From Bacteroidota bacterium (GTDB lineage: Bacteria > Bacteroidota > Bacteroidia > Cytophagales > Cyclobacteriaceae), in NCBI GenBank assembly GCA_023428695.1, contig JAEYWY010000028.1, positions 389,125 to 453,124 on the forward strand: a DNA stretch of 64,000 nucleotides, read 5' to 3'. A model generated the notes under the pieces. That model was not told the origin of the DNA. It made no database searches and worked only from the letters and a program-made list of their open reading frames with translations. Shown here piece by piece: positions 9,604 to 18,524 of the stretch. Each line of letters begins with the position of its first letter. Position 1 is the first letter of the stretch. Position numbers and translations under genes: made by a program.

Positions 9604-11997
9604 CTATTCGGATCTGAGTGTCGTTGCGGCGTCCACGAAAGCTGCCCTGATCGCCTGAGCGCTCACCGTCAGGAGTGCTATCAACAGGGGAACAATCATC
9701 GCGACTGCGAAAATGTTCCAACCTATCGATGTGCGGTAAGAAAATGTTTCAAGCCAGGAATTCATGAGGAAATATCCAAGAGGGCAGGCAAGTAACGCTG
9801 CAACCAGTACCAATCTTGAGAAGTCGCGTGTGAGCAGCACAACTATACCTGAAACAGACGCACCCAGAACCTTTCGTATGCTGATCTCCTGAATGCGTTG
9901 CCTGATCATAAACGTTGACAATCCGAAGAGCCCCAGACACGCGATAAAAAACGAAAGGGCCGCAGCAACGTAAAAAATCGCTTCCATCTTGCGCTCCCTG
10001 TCATATTGTTGACTAAGGGCATCATTTACGAAACTGTATTGAAGAGGAACACCGGGGACGATCCTGTTCCATGTTTCGTTAAGCACCTGAATGGCATCTG
10101 CGACGTGTTCTGTCTGAATTCGCATAGAAAGGTTGGCACCACCGCGGGCATATCCAATAAGCAACGGTTGTACCATAGCGTGCAGATTCTCGAAATGAAA
10201 ATCTTTTACGACCCCAATAACGTATCGTGCATTTTCGCCATTACCAAATGGTTTTCCCAGAGCATCTTCATTGCTGACCCAGCCCAGGTTCCTCACCGCT
10301 GCTTCATTTACGATCACAGCTTTTGAAGAGTCTGAAGTTGCTCTCGCAAATCCGCGTCCGGCAACGAATTCCATCTTGTACGTCGCAAAATAATCGGGAT
10401 CAACGGACATGCGGTAGATACTCGTAACGATCTCCTTTCCTTCCGCGTCTTTCGTTGAGATCCAGCCATTACCCAAACCGCCGACAACATTTCCACCATG
10501 AAGCGCAGTCTGCTCAATAAATGGTGCTGAAAGCAAAGCGTTCTTAATTACATCATAGTTTTGAACCACCGACTGATCACCATTAAAATCTACAGTAATA
10601 ACACCTGAGCCTTCATAACCAAGCGGTTTCTCACGAATGAATTGCATCTGACGATTTACTGTCAGAATACAAATCAGAAGAATGGTGGAAATTCCAAATT
10701 GAAGAATGACAAGACCTTTTCGGAACGCCTGACCACGTTCTCCGCCAAAGAACCTGCCTCTCAGTGCGACTACGGGTCGGAACGATGCAAGCACAACGGC
10801 CGGATACACACCGGATAGCAAGGTGATCACCAGTGTCAGGGCCACAAGCGCAGACACATGTCGGATATTCACAGGAAATGCATAAGGCTGACCCATCCAG
10901 GCGGAAAACCCAGGCAGGGTCAATTGCGCCAACGCAACGCCTATTAGCACGGCCATAAGGGTTATCAGGAACGTCTCGGAAAAGAATTGTTGCATCAACT
11001 CGAAGTGGCGTGCACCCGACACCTTGCGAAGCGATATCTCTTTCGCGCGTTTGGCCGATGTTGCCGTGGTGAGGTTAATGTAATTGAAGCATGCGAGGAG
11101 AAGAACCAAAACTGCTACAGCTATGAAAACGCGTACTGTCACCATGCTGCCATTGTTTCCGGAATCGTATCGCAAATTGGAATGAAGATGTATGTCGCGA
11201 ATCGGCTGAAGGAAATATTCATACGACATCTTGTTATCAGCCCAATCCTTCCTTGAATGCTCCTCCACAACTTCATTCACCCTCGCTTCAACAGTGTCAC
11301 GAAGCGCAGGATCGCGGAGTTCAACGTATGTTCTTGGCCATCCACCTAACCACGAGTTGTCGATGTCCTCCTGATATTCCCTCAGGACGAACGCGTGCAG
11401 TTTTTTGTAAGGAACGACAAAATCAAATTGGATGTGCGAATCAGGGGGTGCATTTTCCGAAATCGCCACAACGGTTGCAGGCTCGTCATCAAGATATAGT
11501 ACAGCATCAAGAGCCTTACTCATGTCACCAAAGTATTTCTCCGCCATCTCGCGACTGATAATCACCTGGTCCGGACTTCTGAGTAGATTTTCCTCCGGAC
11601 CGGCGATGATGTTAAAACCGAAAAATGAAAAGAAAGTGGAGTCTGCGAAAATGATTCCGTTTTCAAAATTCGTTTCGCCGCCCTGACGCACCTTGGCGCC
11701 GGTATAGAACACGCGACATGAACTTGTGATATCAGGAATGAACCGGGGCAAGTGTGCGCCGAGTGCTACACCCGAGGGTGCCTGAGAAAAAGTCTCAGCT
11801 TCGCCGGTAAACGTATTCCAGATGCGAAACTTTGCTTCAACGTTCGGGTGGAAATCATCAAAACCCAATTCGCGCTCAGCCCAGATGGCAATGACGAGAC
11901 ACGTCGCGATGCCGAGGGCAAGTCCGCTGACATTGAGAATGACCGAAGTCTTATTCTTCATAGCGTGACGCCAGGTAGCAGGTAATGTCGGGAACAT
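9604..11997 (-). CDS. FtsX/MacB-like ABC transporter permease (two FtsX modules), no adjacent ATPase
   Basis: The track ORF begins at a TTG (12027); the ATG MFPTLPATWRH at 11997 fits the usual N-terminus. It has a large periplasmic domain between TM1 and TM2, repeated twice, and a C-terminal FtsX helix bundle. Confidence 0.85.
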   Translation of the reverse strand: MFPTLPATWRHAMKNKTSVILNVSGLALGIATCLVIAIWAERELGFDDFHPNVEAKFRIWNTFTGEAETFSQAPSGVALGAHLPRFIPDITSSCRVFYTGAKVRQGGETNFENGIIFADSTFFSFFGFNIIAGPEENLLRSPDQVIISREMAEKYFGDMSKALDAVLYLDDEPATVVAISENAPPDSHIQFDFVVPYKKLHAFVLREYQEDIDNSWLGGWPRTYVELRDPALRDTVEARVNEVVEEHSRKDWADNKMSYEYFLQPIRDIHLHSNLRYDSGNNGSMVTVRVFIAVAVLVLLLACFNYINLTTATSAKRAKEISLRKVSGARHFELMQQFFSETFLITLMAVLIGVALAQLTLPGFSAWMGQPYAFPVNIRHVSALVALTLVITLLSGVYPAVVLASFRPVVALRGRFFGGERGQAFRKGLVILQFGISTILLICILTVNRQMQFIREKPLGYEGSGVITVDFNGDQSVVQNYDVIKNALLSAPFIEQTALHGGNVVGGLGNGWISTKDAEGKEIVTSIYRMSVDPDYFATYKMEFVAGRGFARATSDSSKAVIVNEAAVRNLGWVSNEDALGKPFGNGENARYVIGVVKDFHFENLHAMVQPLLIGYARGGANLSMRIQTEHVADAIQVLNETWNRIVPGVPLQYSFVNDALSQQYDRERKMEAIFYVAAALSFFIACLGLFGLSTFMIRQRIQEISIRKVLGASVSGIVVLLTRDFSRLVLVAALLACPLGYFLMNSWLETFSYRTSIGWNIFAVAMIVPLLIALLTVSAQAIRAAFVDAATTLRSE

Positions 11998-12184
11998 AGG
12001 AAAGGTTTTGAACGTGATCGTTGCCAACTACCGTGCCAGCGCGTTCTATCCACTAAATTCAGGTGATTTGAAGGAGTCAGGAGTCCGCTTATGAGTAAAA
12101 GTGTGCGCCTGCGGACAAGGGGAATAGCTTCGGCTGCAAGTTCGTTTCATCCTAATTAGAACGTTCACGATTCTGGACATAGGG

Positions 12185-12400
12185 CGGTTTTTTCACCGCG
12201 AAGGCGCGAAGACGCAACGGAGCGCAAAGAGAGTTAGTCCCACCAATGAGAAATCAGAAATAACCCACCGTTCCGCGGACATCACCCATTTTTCACCGCG
12301 AGCATCATCCAGGAAACTTAACCTCTGGACCTTTCATCTTTCAAACTTTCATTCCTGAAACCCTGAAACTCGAAACCTGTCTGCTTACCGCGACGACACG
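12185..12400. repeat. intergenic low-complexity repeat element (GCG/AAG-rich unit plus gaaac/ctttca-type short repeats)
   Basis: tttttcaccgcga occurs at 12189-12201 and again at 12289-12301, exactly 100 nt apart. caccgcgaaggcgcgaagacgcaacggagcgcaaagag and ctttcatctttcaaactttcattcctgaaaccctgaaactcgaaacc are also present. Confidence 0.5.
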
Positions 12401-12417
12401 AAAATTTTGAAACTAAA

Positions 12418-13833
12418 CTAGATAATAAATGAATAGTACTTTTTAAGTGTAGTACGCATAGCGGTAGCGTTAGTTTTTTTTCCTTTCAACTTATTAAATG
12501 GATCCGTTGGTGATTTTTGTTTTCCAATTGCATCGAGCGTAAAATCATCCTGCGTAAGATCAGACGACAAGTCGGCCGGAGCAAGCGGTGCGCTGAAACG
12601 AATACTATCGCCCATCACCAGGGAGTAAGGAGCAACGAAGTGAGTTTCGCTTTCAAGCCTGAAATCAAGCGTCACTTTCCCATAGGCATATTCAGTGCTG
12701 CCGGCAAGTGAGACATAATCATGCAGCTTAAGCCGAAGGAGCTTACAAACATATTCAGCGACTGCCTCCGCATCCTTGAAGTCACCTTTTGCATCGAGTG
12801 GGATATAAGTATGTATGCCGGATTTTCCATCAGCTTTCACAACGGGGTGCATACCCAATGCAGAAAGCACCGCGTTTGTCTCCTTTGCTATGTTCGTTGC
12901 TTTCGCAAGTTCAAAGTCGGGAGAATCAATTTGAATGACGATGTAATCAGGACCAGCGGACTTAATTCGTGCAGGCGACGCATAAAACTCAAGACATCCA
13001 TTTTCAACGTAGAATAACAGGTGCTCACGGTCATCACATAAGAGCAGGTCTGGCAAACCTTTACCCTGACGATGGCGACGGATCCAATCCGGCAACTCCA
13101 CATAGCGTTTTGCGAAGACGTCAGCGTTGAGCGGCGTGACCTCAGAGGGACGATCTGCAAATCTCGTGGAAAGTTCGCGCTCGCGAAGGTGCGGGACCAG
13201 TACATCAGCGACCTTGTTATAATAATCAAGTACCTCCTGCTTCGTTACGTCGCTCCCACTCCATACCAGGTTTCGGAGATTCGTGAACGTTATCTTATGT
13301 TTGAGTCGGTAGGTCGGTTGTTTTTCTGCTGGCTTAGACTTCGAAACTTCATTCTTTGTTGGCTTTGGCTCTTCCTTTGTTATTACTTTCGTCTTTTTTT
13401 CAACGCGGCTAACGTTCTTTTCTTTGGATGCAGAGCCGGAGATAACGAACTCGGAAGATCTTCCCTTCCTTCGTACGGCGGGCAAATCACTTACGTCGCT
13501 GAATTCAGATTTTACCCTGGTATCAAATTCAAAAGGAGTTTCATCCCAGTTGGTACTCGTACCACGACGAAAAAAGAACAGACCTGGATTTTCTTCACTT
13601 TCGCGCAATTGATGATTTGCCGACTCAAGATTACCAAGTACTGCCTGAAAAGTCATTTCATAAAAAAGATCGGCCTGGCCTTTGATTGAAGTCGTATCAA
13701 TTCTTTCGTTAACGGACTCGCCGGCCTTGGTTATGAAAACCCGGACAAGGTCCTTCCTGTCGGATCGCTTTTCACAAGCTGTAAGGATTGACTGGATGGC
13801 CTTGAACGCTTTTGTATTCCTGCGAATCAACAT
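12418..13833 (-). CDS. LigD polymerase-domain-like (AEP primase-polymerase) protein with an unrecognised ~180-aa N-terminal extension and a Lys-rich linker
   Basis: ATG at 13833. The C-terminal 290 aa carry LigD-Pol blocks: TFTNLRNLVWSGSDVTKQEVLDYYNKVADVLVPHLRERE, LEFYASP, IQIDSPD, KADGKSGIHTYIPL, YGKVTLDFRLE. The N-terminal part has no motif I recognise. Confidence 0.7.
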   Translation of the reverse strand: MLIRRNTKAFKAIQSILTACEKRSDRKDLVRVFITKAGESVNERIDTTSIKGQADLFYEMTFQAVLGNLESANHQLRESEENPGLFFFRRGTSTNWDETPFEFDTRVKSEFSDVSDLPAVRRKGRSSEFVISGSASKEKNVSRVEKKTKVITKEEPKPTKNEVSKSKPAEKQPTYRLKHKITFTNLRNLVWSGSDVTKQEVLDYYNKVADVLVPHLRERELSTRFADRPSEVTPLNADVFAKRYVELPDWIRRHRQGKGLPDLLLCDDREHLLFYVENGCLEFYASPARIKSAGPDYIVIQIDSPDFELAKATNIAKETNAVLSALGMHPVVKADGKSGIHTYIPLDAKGDFKDAEAVAEYVCKLLRLKLHDYVSLAGSTEYAYGKVTLDFRLESETHFVAPYSLVMGDSIRFSAPLAPADLSSDLTQDDFTLDAIGKQKSPTDPFNKLKGKKTNATAMRTTLKKYYSFII

Positions 13834-13923
13834 GGTATAAAGATAGGATTTGTCCCCGGAAGTAAAGGATCGAAATCCGTGTGATATGCGGCCGGCGAAA
13901 TTAACAGCTGACTTATGTCCGGG

Positions 13924-14175
13924 CTAAAAGAACAGAGACTTTCTTCTGTGTCTGGCGGCGTCAGTACTGTTTTTCTTTGCTTCCTTCCTTTTGATCTTGA
14001 CGACTTTATTCCTGGAATGCGCCTTCTTTTTCCGTTTGGATTTCACGACCTGCTCATAGCCGGTAGGAATGTTATACGCAGCGCGCGCTGCTGACGTGTT
14101 GATATCACGCTGGGCGCAAGACGATAACCCGAAGGCAAGCAATGAAAAAATCAGGAACAGTGCGACGCTTTTCAT
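13924..14175 (-). CDS. small lipoprotein with a polycationic tail (hypothetical)
   Basis: ATG at 14175. Lipobox LSSC after MKSVALFLIFSLLAFG. The C-terminal half is Lys/Arg-rich (KSKRKKKAHSRNKVVKIKRKEAKK). Confidence 0.5.
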   Translation of the reverse strand: MKSVALFLIFSLLAFGLSSCAQRDINTSAARAAYNIPTGYEQVVKSKRKKKAHSRNKVVKIKRKEAKKNSTDAARHRRKSLFF

Positions 14176-14267
14176 ATGTGGTTACCGCAAAATAACGATG
14201 CCACGCTGCATTTTGTACTTCACCCATCCTTTTTTTTCTGAGACTTTCTGCAAGTCCCCCAATTCAA

Positions 14268-15038
14268 TCAGAATCCAAACCTGAATTCATCAATCAGGCT
14301 CGTTCTCCGACCATGTCGAAACGCATAAAGGTCAGCCGGTCTGCGCCTTCCTGATTTGTCCTGCCCCACTTTAATCAGCATTCCGGACTTAAGAACCTTC
14401 CTTCTGAAATTCGGACGGTCCACCGGTCGCTCCAGTATCGCCTCAACAAGAGAATGCAACTCGGGCAAAGTAAACCTGGCAGGAAGCAAATTGGAAGCAA
14501 GGGGCGCATAGGGCAACTCCTTTTTTAACGACTCATGAGCGGCCTTCGCGATTTTCCCATGATCCATAGCAAGTGTCTTTGCCTTCGTCACCGGAAGCCA
14601 TTGTGCTGCATCCAGGAATTGTGTGGGCTTTAGCTCGATCCGCTGAAAGTCAACCAAAGCCATGTAGCAAATACTGACAAACCGCTTCGAGAACCACGCA
14701 CTGGCAGTCCCGGCATCTGACCCAAATGATTTCAGAAACTGGTTTATTTCATTTGGAAAGGATCGGTCGGCATCACCAAATACCGCGAACTGTTTGAAGA
14801 GTATCTTTTCAAGACCTGTGCTTTCACGGACAATTCTTTGCACGGCATCAGCCACGTCTTCTTCCTGGCCCACAAATCCGCCGGGAAGCAGATGTATTGT
14901 GCGCTTTCCGGCGCAAAGTTTATTGACTACGACATGCAATTGTTTGGCATAAAAACCAAAGATGACGCAGTTCACTGAAAGTTGCGGAACTGATGTGAAT
15001 GCGAGATTCTTAAAATAGGCTGCGATCCTTTTATCCAT
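14268..15038 (-). CDS. Nudix-fold / winged-helix transcriptional regulator (NrtR-like), paralog of 8895-9587
   Basis: ATG at 15038. Contains LPGGFVGQEEDVADAVQRIVRESTGL and a C-terminal FTLPELHSLVEAILERPVDRPNFRRKV. Confidence 0.7.
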   Translation of the reverse strand: MDKRIAAYFKNLAFTSVPQLSVNCVIFGFYAKQLHVVVNKLCAGKRTIHLLPGGFVGQEEDVADAVQRIVRESTGLEKILFKQFAVFGDADRSFPNEINQFLKSFGSDAGTASAWFSKRFVSICYMALVDFQRIELKPTQFLDAAQWLPVTKAKTLAMDHGKIAKAAHESLKKELPYAPLASNLLPARFTLPELHSLVEAILERPVDRPNFRRKVLKSGMLIKVGQDKSGRRRPADLYAFRHGRRTSLIDEFRFGF

Positions 15039-15077
15039 GTCCTCACGAGTTCTTGACCCGTTCCAAAATTACATTAT

Positions 15078-15100
15078 ATTTGAGTCTAATTGACTCAAAT
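15078..15100. promoter_or_regulatory. perfect palindrome, candidate operator in the divergent NrtR-like / ThuA-PQQ gene promoter
   Basis: atttgagtc-taatt-gactcaaat has 9-bp perfect arms and a 5-nt spacer. It lies 25 nt upstream of the ATG at 15125 and 40 nt upstream of the regulator ATG. Confidence 0.5.
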
Positions 15101-15124
15101 CACCGGGTTTCATTGATTAATTAA

Positions 15125-18100
15125 ATGAAAAAACGCTACATCATCCTTCTCGCCCTGATCGTTCTTGTTATCGGCGCCTATTTCTGGTTCACGCGGGACA
15201 CGCGCGACATACGGGTACTCGTATTTTCAAAAACGCTATCGTATCGTCACGAATCCATTCCCGCCGGAATTGAAGCCATTCGTTCCCTCGCAAAACAACA
15301 CGGATTTCACGTGGACACGACGGAAAACAGCGAATACTTTAATGAGAAGACATTGAAGAACTACAACGTTGTTGTATTCCTGAACACGACCGGCGACGTA
15401 CTCAATGATGGCCAACAGCTTGAGCTTAACCGGTGGATTCAGGCCGGTGGCGGATTCGTCGGTATCCATGCTGCGGCCGATACTGAATACGAATGGCCAT
15501 GGTATGGTGAATTGGTGGGCGCATACTTTAACGGGCATCCAAACGATCCCAACGTGCGCGATGCTTCGGTACAGGTGATTGATCGGCATCATATATCAAC
15601 AAAACATCTGCCAGAGATCTGGAAGCGAACCGACGAATGGTATAACTATAAGGATATACGCCCCGAAATAAACGTATTGATCAATCTTGACGAGACATCG
15701 TATGAAGGCGGCACGAACGGTGAGAACCATCCTATTGCGTGGTACCGCGATTTTGACGGCGGCAGAACATGGTACACCGGCATGGGCCACACCATCGAAT
15801 GTTTTCAGGATTCCGATTTCATTAACCTTTTGTGGGGTGGTATACAGTATGCGGCAGGTGACGGCGTTCAGGTCAACTATAACAACTCGCGCGTAGCTCC
15901 CGAAGAAAACCGGTTTCAAAAAGTCGTGCTCGACTTTAACCTGAATGAACCCATGGAACTGGATATGCTTCCGGGCGAAGATGTATTATTCATCGAACGC
16001 CGGGGAGCAATCAAACTGTACAAGAAGAACGAGAATAAAGTGAAGCTGGTCACGACTATGCCTGTTTTCAGTGACCTCGAAGACGGATTGCTGGGTCTCG
16101 CAGTCGACCCCGACTACAAGAGCAATCATTGGATTTACCTCTACTACTCCCCTGTCGGTTCGGAATCCGTTCAACGACTTTCGCGATTTGTTTTTGCAGG
16201 CGACACGCTTGATCGTTCATCGGAAAAAATTCTGCTTAAAGTACCCACCCAACGTGAAGAGTGTTGCCATTCGGCAGGATCAATAGAATTCGGACCGGAC
16301 CGATTGTTATATCTCTCGACAGGGGATAACACAAGTCCGCGCGAGACAGGCTACGGCCCCATCGATGAACGCCCGGGCCGTTCAGTGTGGGACGCACAGA
16401 AATCGTCATCAAATACAAATGATTTGCGTGGTAAGATTTTACGAATCATACCTGAAGACGACGGCACGTACACCATTCCCAGTGGAAATCTTTTTACTGA
16501 TCCTTCAAAAGGCCGGCCCGAAATCTACGTAATGGGTACGCGAAACCCTTTCAGGATTTCGGTTGACTCACGTACCGGCTACCTGTACTGGGGCGACGTA
16601 GGTCCGGATGCGGGTAAGGATAGCGTAGGATTTGGATCGCGCGGATACGACGAGGTTAATCAGGCGCGGAAGGCAGGTAATCACGGCTGGCCGTACTTTA
16701 TTGGGAACAATTATCCCTATAATGAATACGACTATGCAAAAAATCAGGCGAGCCCACTGTTTGATCCAAAAAAACCGATAAACAACTCTCCCAATAACAC
16801 AGGCGCAAAAGAATTGCCCGAAGCTACTCCTCCAATGATCTGGTATCCGTATGCGGCTTCCGAGGAGTTTCCCCTGGTGGGTGAAGGCGGGCGGAATGCG
16901 ATGGCCGGCCCTGTCTTTTATTCCGACCAATTCCCCGAAAGCACAAATCGTTTCCCGGAATACTACGACAAGAAATTGTTCGTATACGACTGGATGCGCG
17001 GCTGGGTGATGGCAGTCACGCTGGATGACAAAGGTAATTACGTCAGGATGGAGAGATTTCTGTCGGGGATGCTTTTCAACAACCTCGTTGACGTCGTATT
17101 CGGACCGGCGGGTGACATGTATGCCCTTGAGTATGGAACCAACTGGTTCGCACAAAACATGGATGCCCGACTTATCCATATCACGTATTCGTCTGCCAAC
17201 AGAGTGCCCGTTGCGTCAATCACTACGGGCAAAACCATTGGCAAGACACCTTTCATTGTAAACTTCCGTGGTGATGACTCGAAAGATTTCGATGGCGATG
17301 ACCTGATTTATCGCTGGGACTTTGGCGATGGAAAAACATCTGATGAACCAAACCCGGCGTTTACATTCACAAAGCCCGGCGAATACAACGTAACCCTTAC
17401 TGTTTCCGACCCTTCCGGCGAGAGCGCCTCAGAAACCATCAGGGTAATTGCCGGTAATGATTTACCTGAAGTCGATATCAAGTTCAAGGGAAATAGCCAG
17501 TTCTACTGGAACAACACTGTATTCAATTACACGGCAACAGCAACTGACACCGAAGACGGCACGATCAACAATGGCATTGACCCCGCGGCCGTGACATTCA
17601 CTGCCGACTACCTGGAACGTGGATATGATGTGACAGAAGTAATTCAGGGTCATCAGGCGAACATGGAAGCTTCCGCAGACCTAGTTGGCAAGGCCTTACT
17701 GGAAGGTTCAGACTGTAAATCCTGTCATCATCAGACGGACAAATCTGTTGGCCCGTCACTTCAGGCTATTGCAGATCGATATGCCGGAAACGAAGGCGCA
17801 GTCAAGGGCCTTGTGGACAAGGTTATCAAAGGCGGATCCGGAGCCTGGGGTGATTTGATGATGTCGCCGCATCCACAGCTTTCAGCACAGGAAACAGAAA
17901 AAATGATTCAGTATATTCTCTCCCTCAACGGGAAGCCGGCAATGGGCGGACTACCACATACAGGTAGCTATGCACTTAACAAACACAAGGCCACTGACCG
18001 CGAAGGCGTGTACATATTTACTGCGTCTTACACCGACAAAGGTGCCAATGGGATCAAGCCCCTTACGGCTACGAAGGTGGTCTCGCTTCGTTACCCTGTA

Positions 18101-18505
18101 ATCGGAGCCGACAAGTTTGCTGAGAAGAAGAAGGCGATGACCTTTCTTGTGACGAAGGAGCTATGGAAAGATCTCGAACAGGAAATCACAATCGTGATGC
18201 CAAATGATGAAGGATCACTACGCTACAAAGGAATTGACTTTACCGATGTGGGTCAAATCAAAATCGGCGTGGCTGTGGCACCGAATTATTTTACAGGGGG
18301 TACAGTTGAACTTATTGCTGACAACGGTGATGTAATCGGATCAGCAAACCTGGAGGTAGGACTTACCGACCTCGGGTTTAAGGAAATCCCTGTTTCGATC
18401 AAGACTCTTGAGGGGCTGCACGATCTGACGTTGAGGTTCCGTTGCAAAGATCCGAGCAAAATATTTGCAGGCATCGCGACTCTTGAATTCGTACAAAAGA
18501 AATAG
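15125..18505 (+). CDS. multidomain exported oxidoreductase: ThuA-like domain, PQQ-dependent (glucose/sorbosone) dehydrogenase beta-propeller, PKD, cytochrome c, C-terminal carbohydrate-binding-like domain
   Basis: TM/signal MKKRYIILLALIVLVIGAYFW. ThuA block RVLVFSKTLSYRHESIPAG...GIHAAADT...WYTGMGH. Propeller blocks LGLAVDPDY, HSAGSIEFGPD, YVMGTRNPFR. PKD block YRWDFGDGKTS...YNVTLTVSD. Heme site CKSCHH. Confidence 0.85.
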   Translation: MKKRYIILLALIVLVIGAYFWFTRDTRDIRVLVFSKTLSYRHESIPAGIEAIRSLAKQHGFHVDTTENSEYFNEKTLKNYNVVVFLNTTGDVLNDGQQLELNRWIQAGGGFVGIHAAADTEYEWPWYGELVGAYFNGHPNDPNVRDASVQVIDRHHISTKHLPEIWKRTDEWYNYKDIRPEINVLINLDETSYEGGTNGENHPIAWYRDFDGGRTWYTGMGHTIECFQDSDFINLLWGGIQYAAGDGVQVNYNNSRVAPEENRFQKVVLDFNLNEPMELDMLPGEDVLFIERRGAIKLYKKNENKVKLVTTMPVFSDLEDGLLGLAVDPDYKSNHWIYLYYSPVGSESVQRLSRFVFAGDTLDRSSEKILLKVPTQREECCHSAGSIEFGPDRLLYLSTGDNTSPRETGYGPIDERPGRSVWDAQKSSSNTNDLRGKILRIIPEDDGTYTIPSGNLFTDPSKGRPEIYVMGTRNPFRISVDSRTGYLYWGDVGPDAGKDSVGFGSRGYDEVNQARKAGNHGWPYFIGNNYPYNEYDYAKNQASPLFDPKKPINNSPNNTGAKELPEATPPMIWYPYAASEEFPLVGEGGRNAMAGPVFYSDQFPESTNRFPEYYDKKLFVYDWMRGWVMAVTLDDKGNYVRMERFLSGMLFNNLVDVVFGPAGDMYALEYGTNWFAQNMDARLIHITYSSANRVPVASITTGKTIGKTPFIVNFRGDDSKDFDGDDLIYRWDFGDGKTSDEPNPAFTFTKPGEYNVTLTVSDPSGESASETIRVIAGNDLPEVDIKFKGNSQFYWNNTVFNYTATATDTEDGTINNGIDPAAVTFTADYLERGYDVTEVIQGHQANMEASADLVGKALLEGSDCKSCHHQTDKSVGPSLQAIADRYAGNEGAVKGLVDKVIKGGSGAWGDLMMSPHPQLSAQETEKMIQYILSLNGKPAMGGLPHTGSYALNKHKATDREGVYIFTASYTDKGANGIKPLTATKVVSLRYPVIGADKFAEKKKAMTFLVTKELWKDLEQEITIVMPNDEGSLRYKGIDFTDVGQIKIGVAVAPNYFTGGTVELIADNGDVIGSANLEVGLTDLGFKEIPVSIKTLEGLHDLTLRFRCKDPSKIFAGIATLEFVQKK

Positions 18506-18524
18506 ATATCTGATGGAGGGGAAA

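Noticed and set aside
9604-11997. Treating the ATPase-less FtsX/MacB-like permease as an anomaly.
   Set aside because: Stand-alone FtsX-type permease genes of about 800 aa are, to my knowledge, very common in Bacteroidota genomes, so this is not informative without genome context.
12418-13833. Annotating the gene as part of a complete NHEJ (Ku-LigD) operon.
   Set aside because: No Ku, ligase or phosphoesterase domain or gene is present in the flanks. Only the polymerase-like domain is supported.
16568-17179. 203-aa minus-strand ORF inside the ThuA-PQQ gene. The same applies to 13072-13689, 21717-22325, 26609-27232, 27842-28498, 43024-43572, 46019-46522, 50832-51383 and 62737-63201.
   Set aside because: All of them lie antisense to, or out of frame within, long ORFs with strong family signatures. 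They show Arg/Cys/His-rich or otherwise atypical composition and are treated as shadow ORFs.
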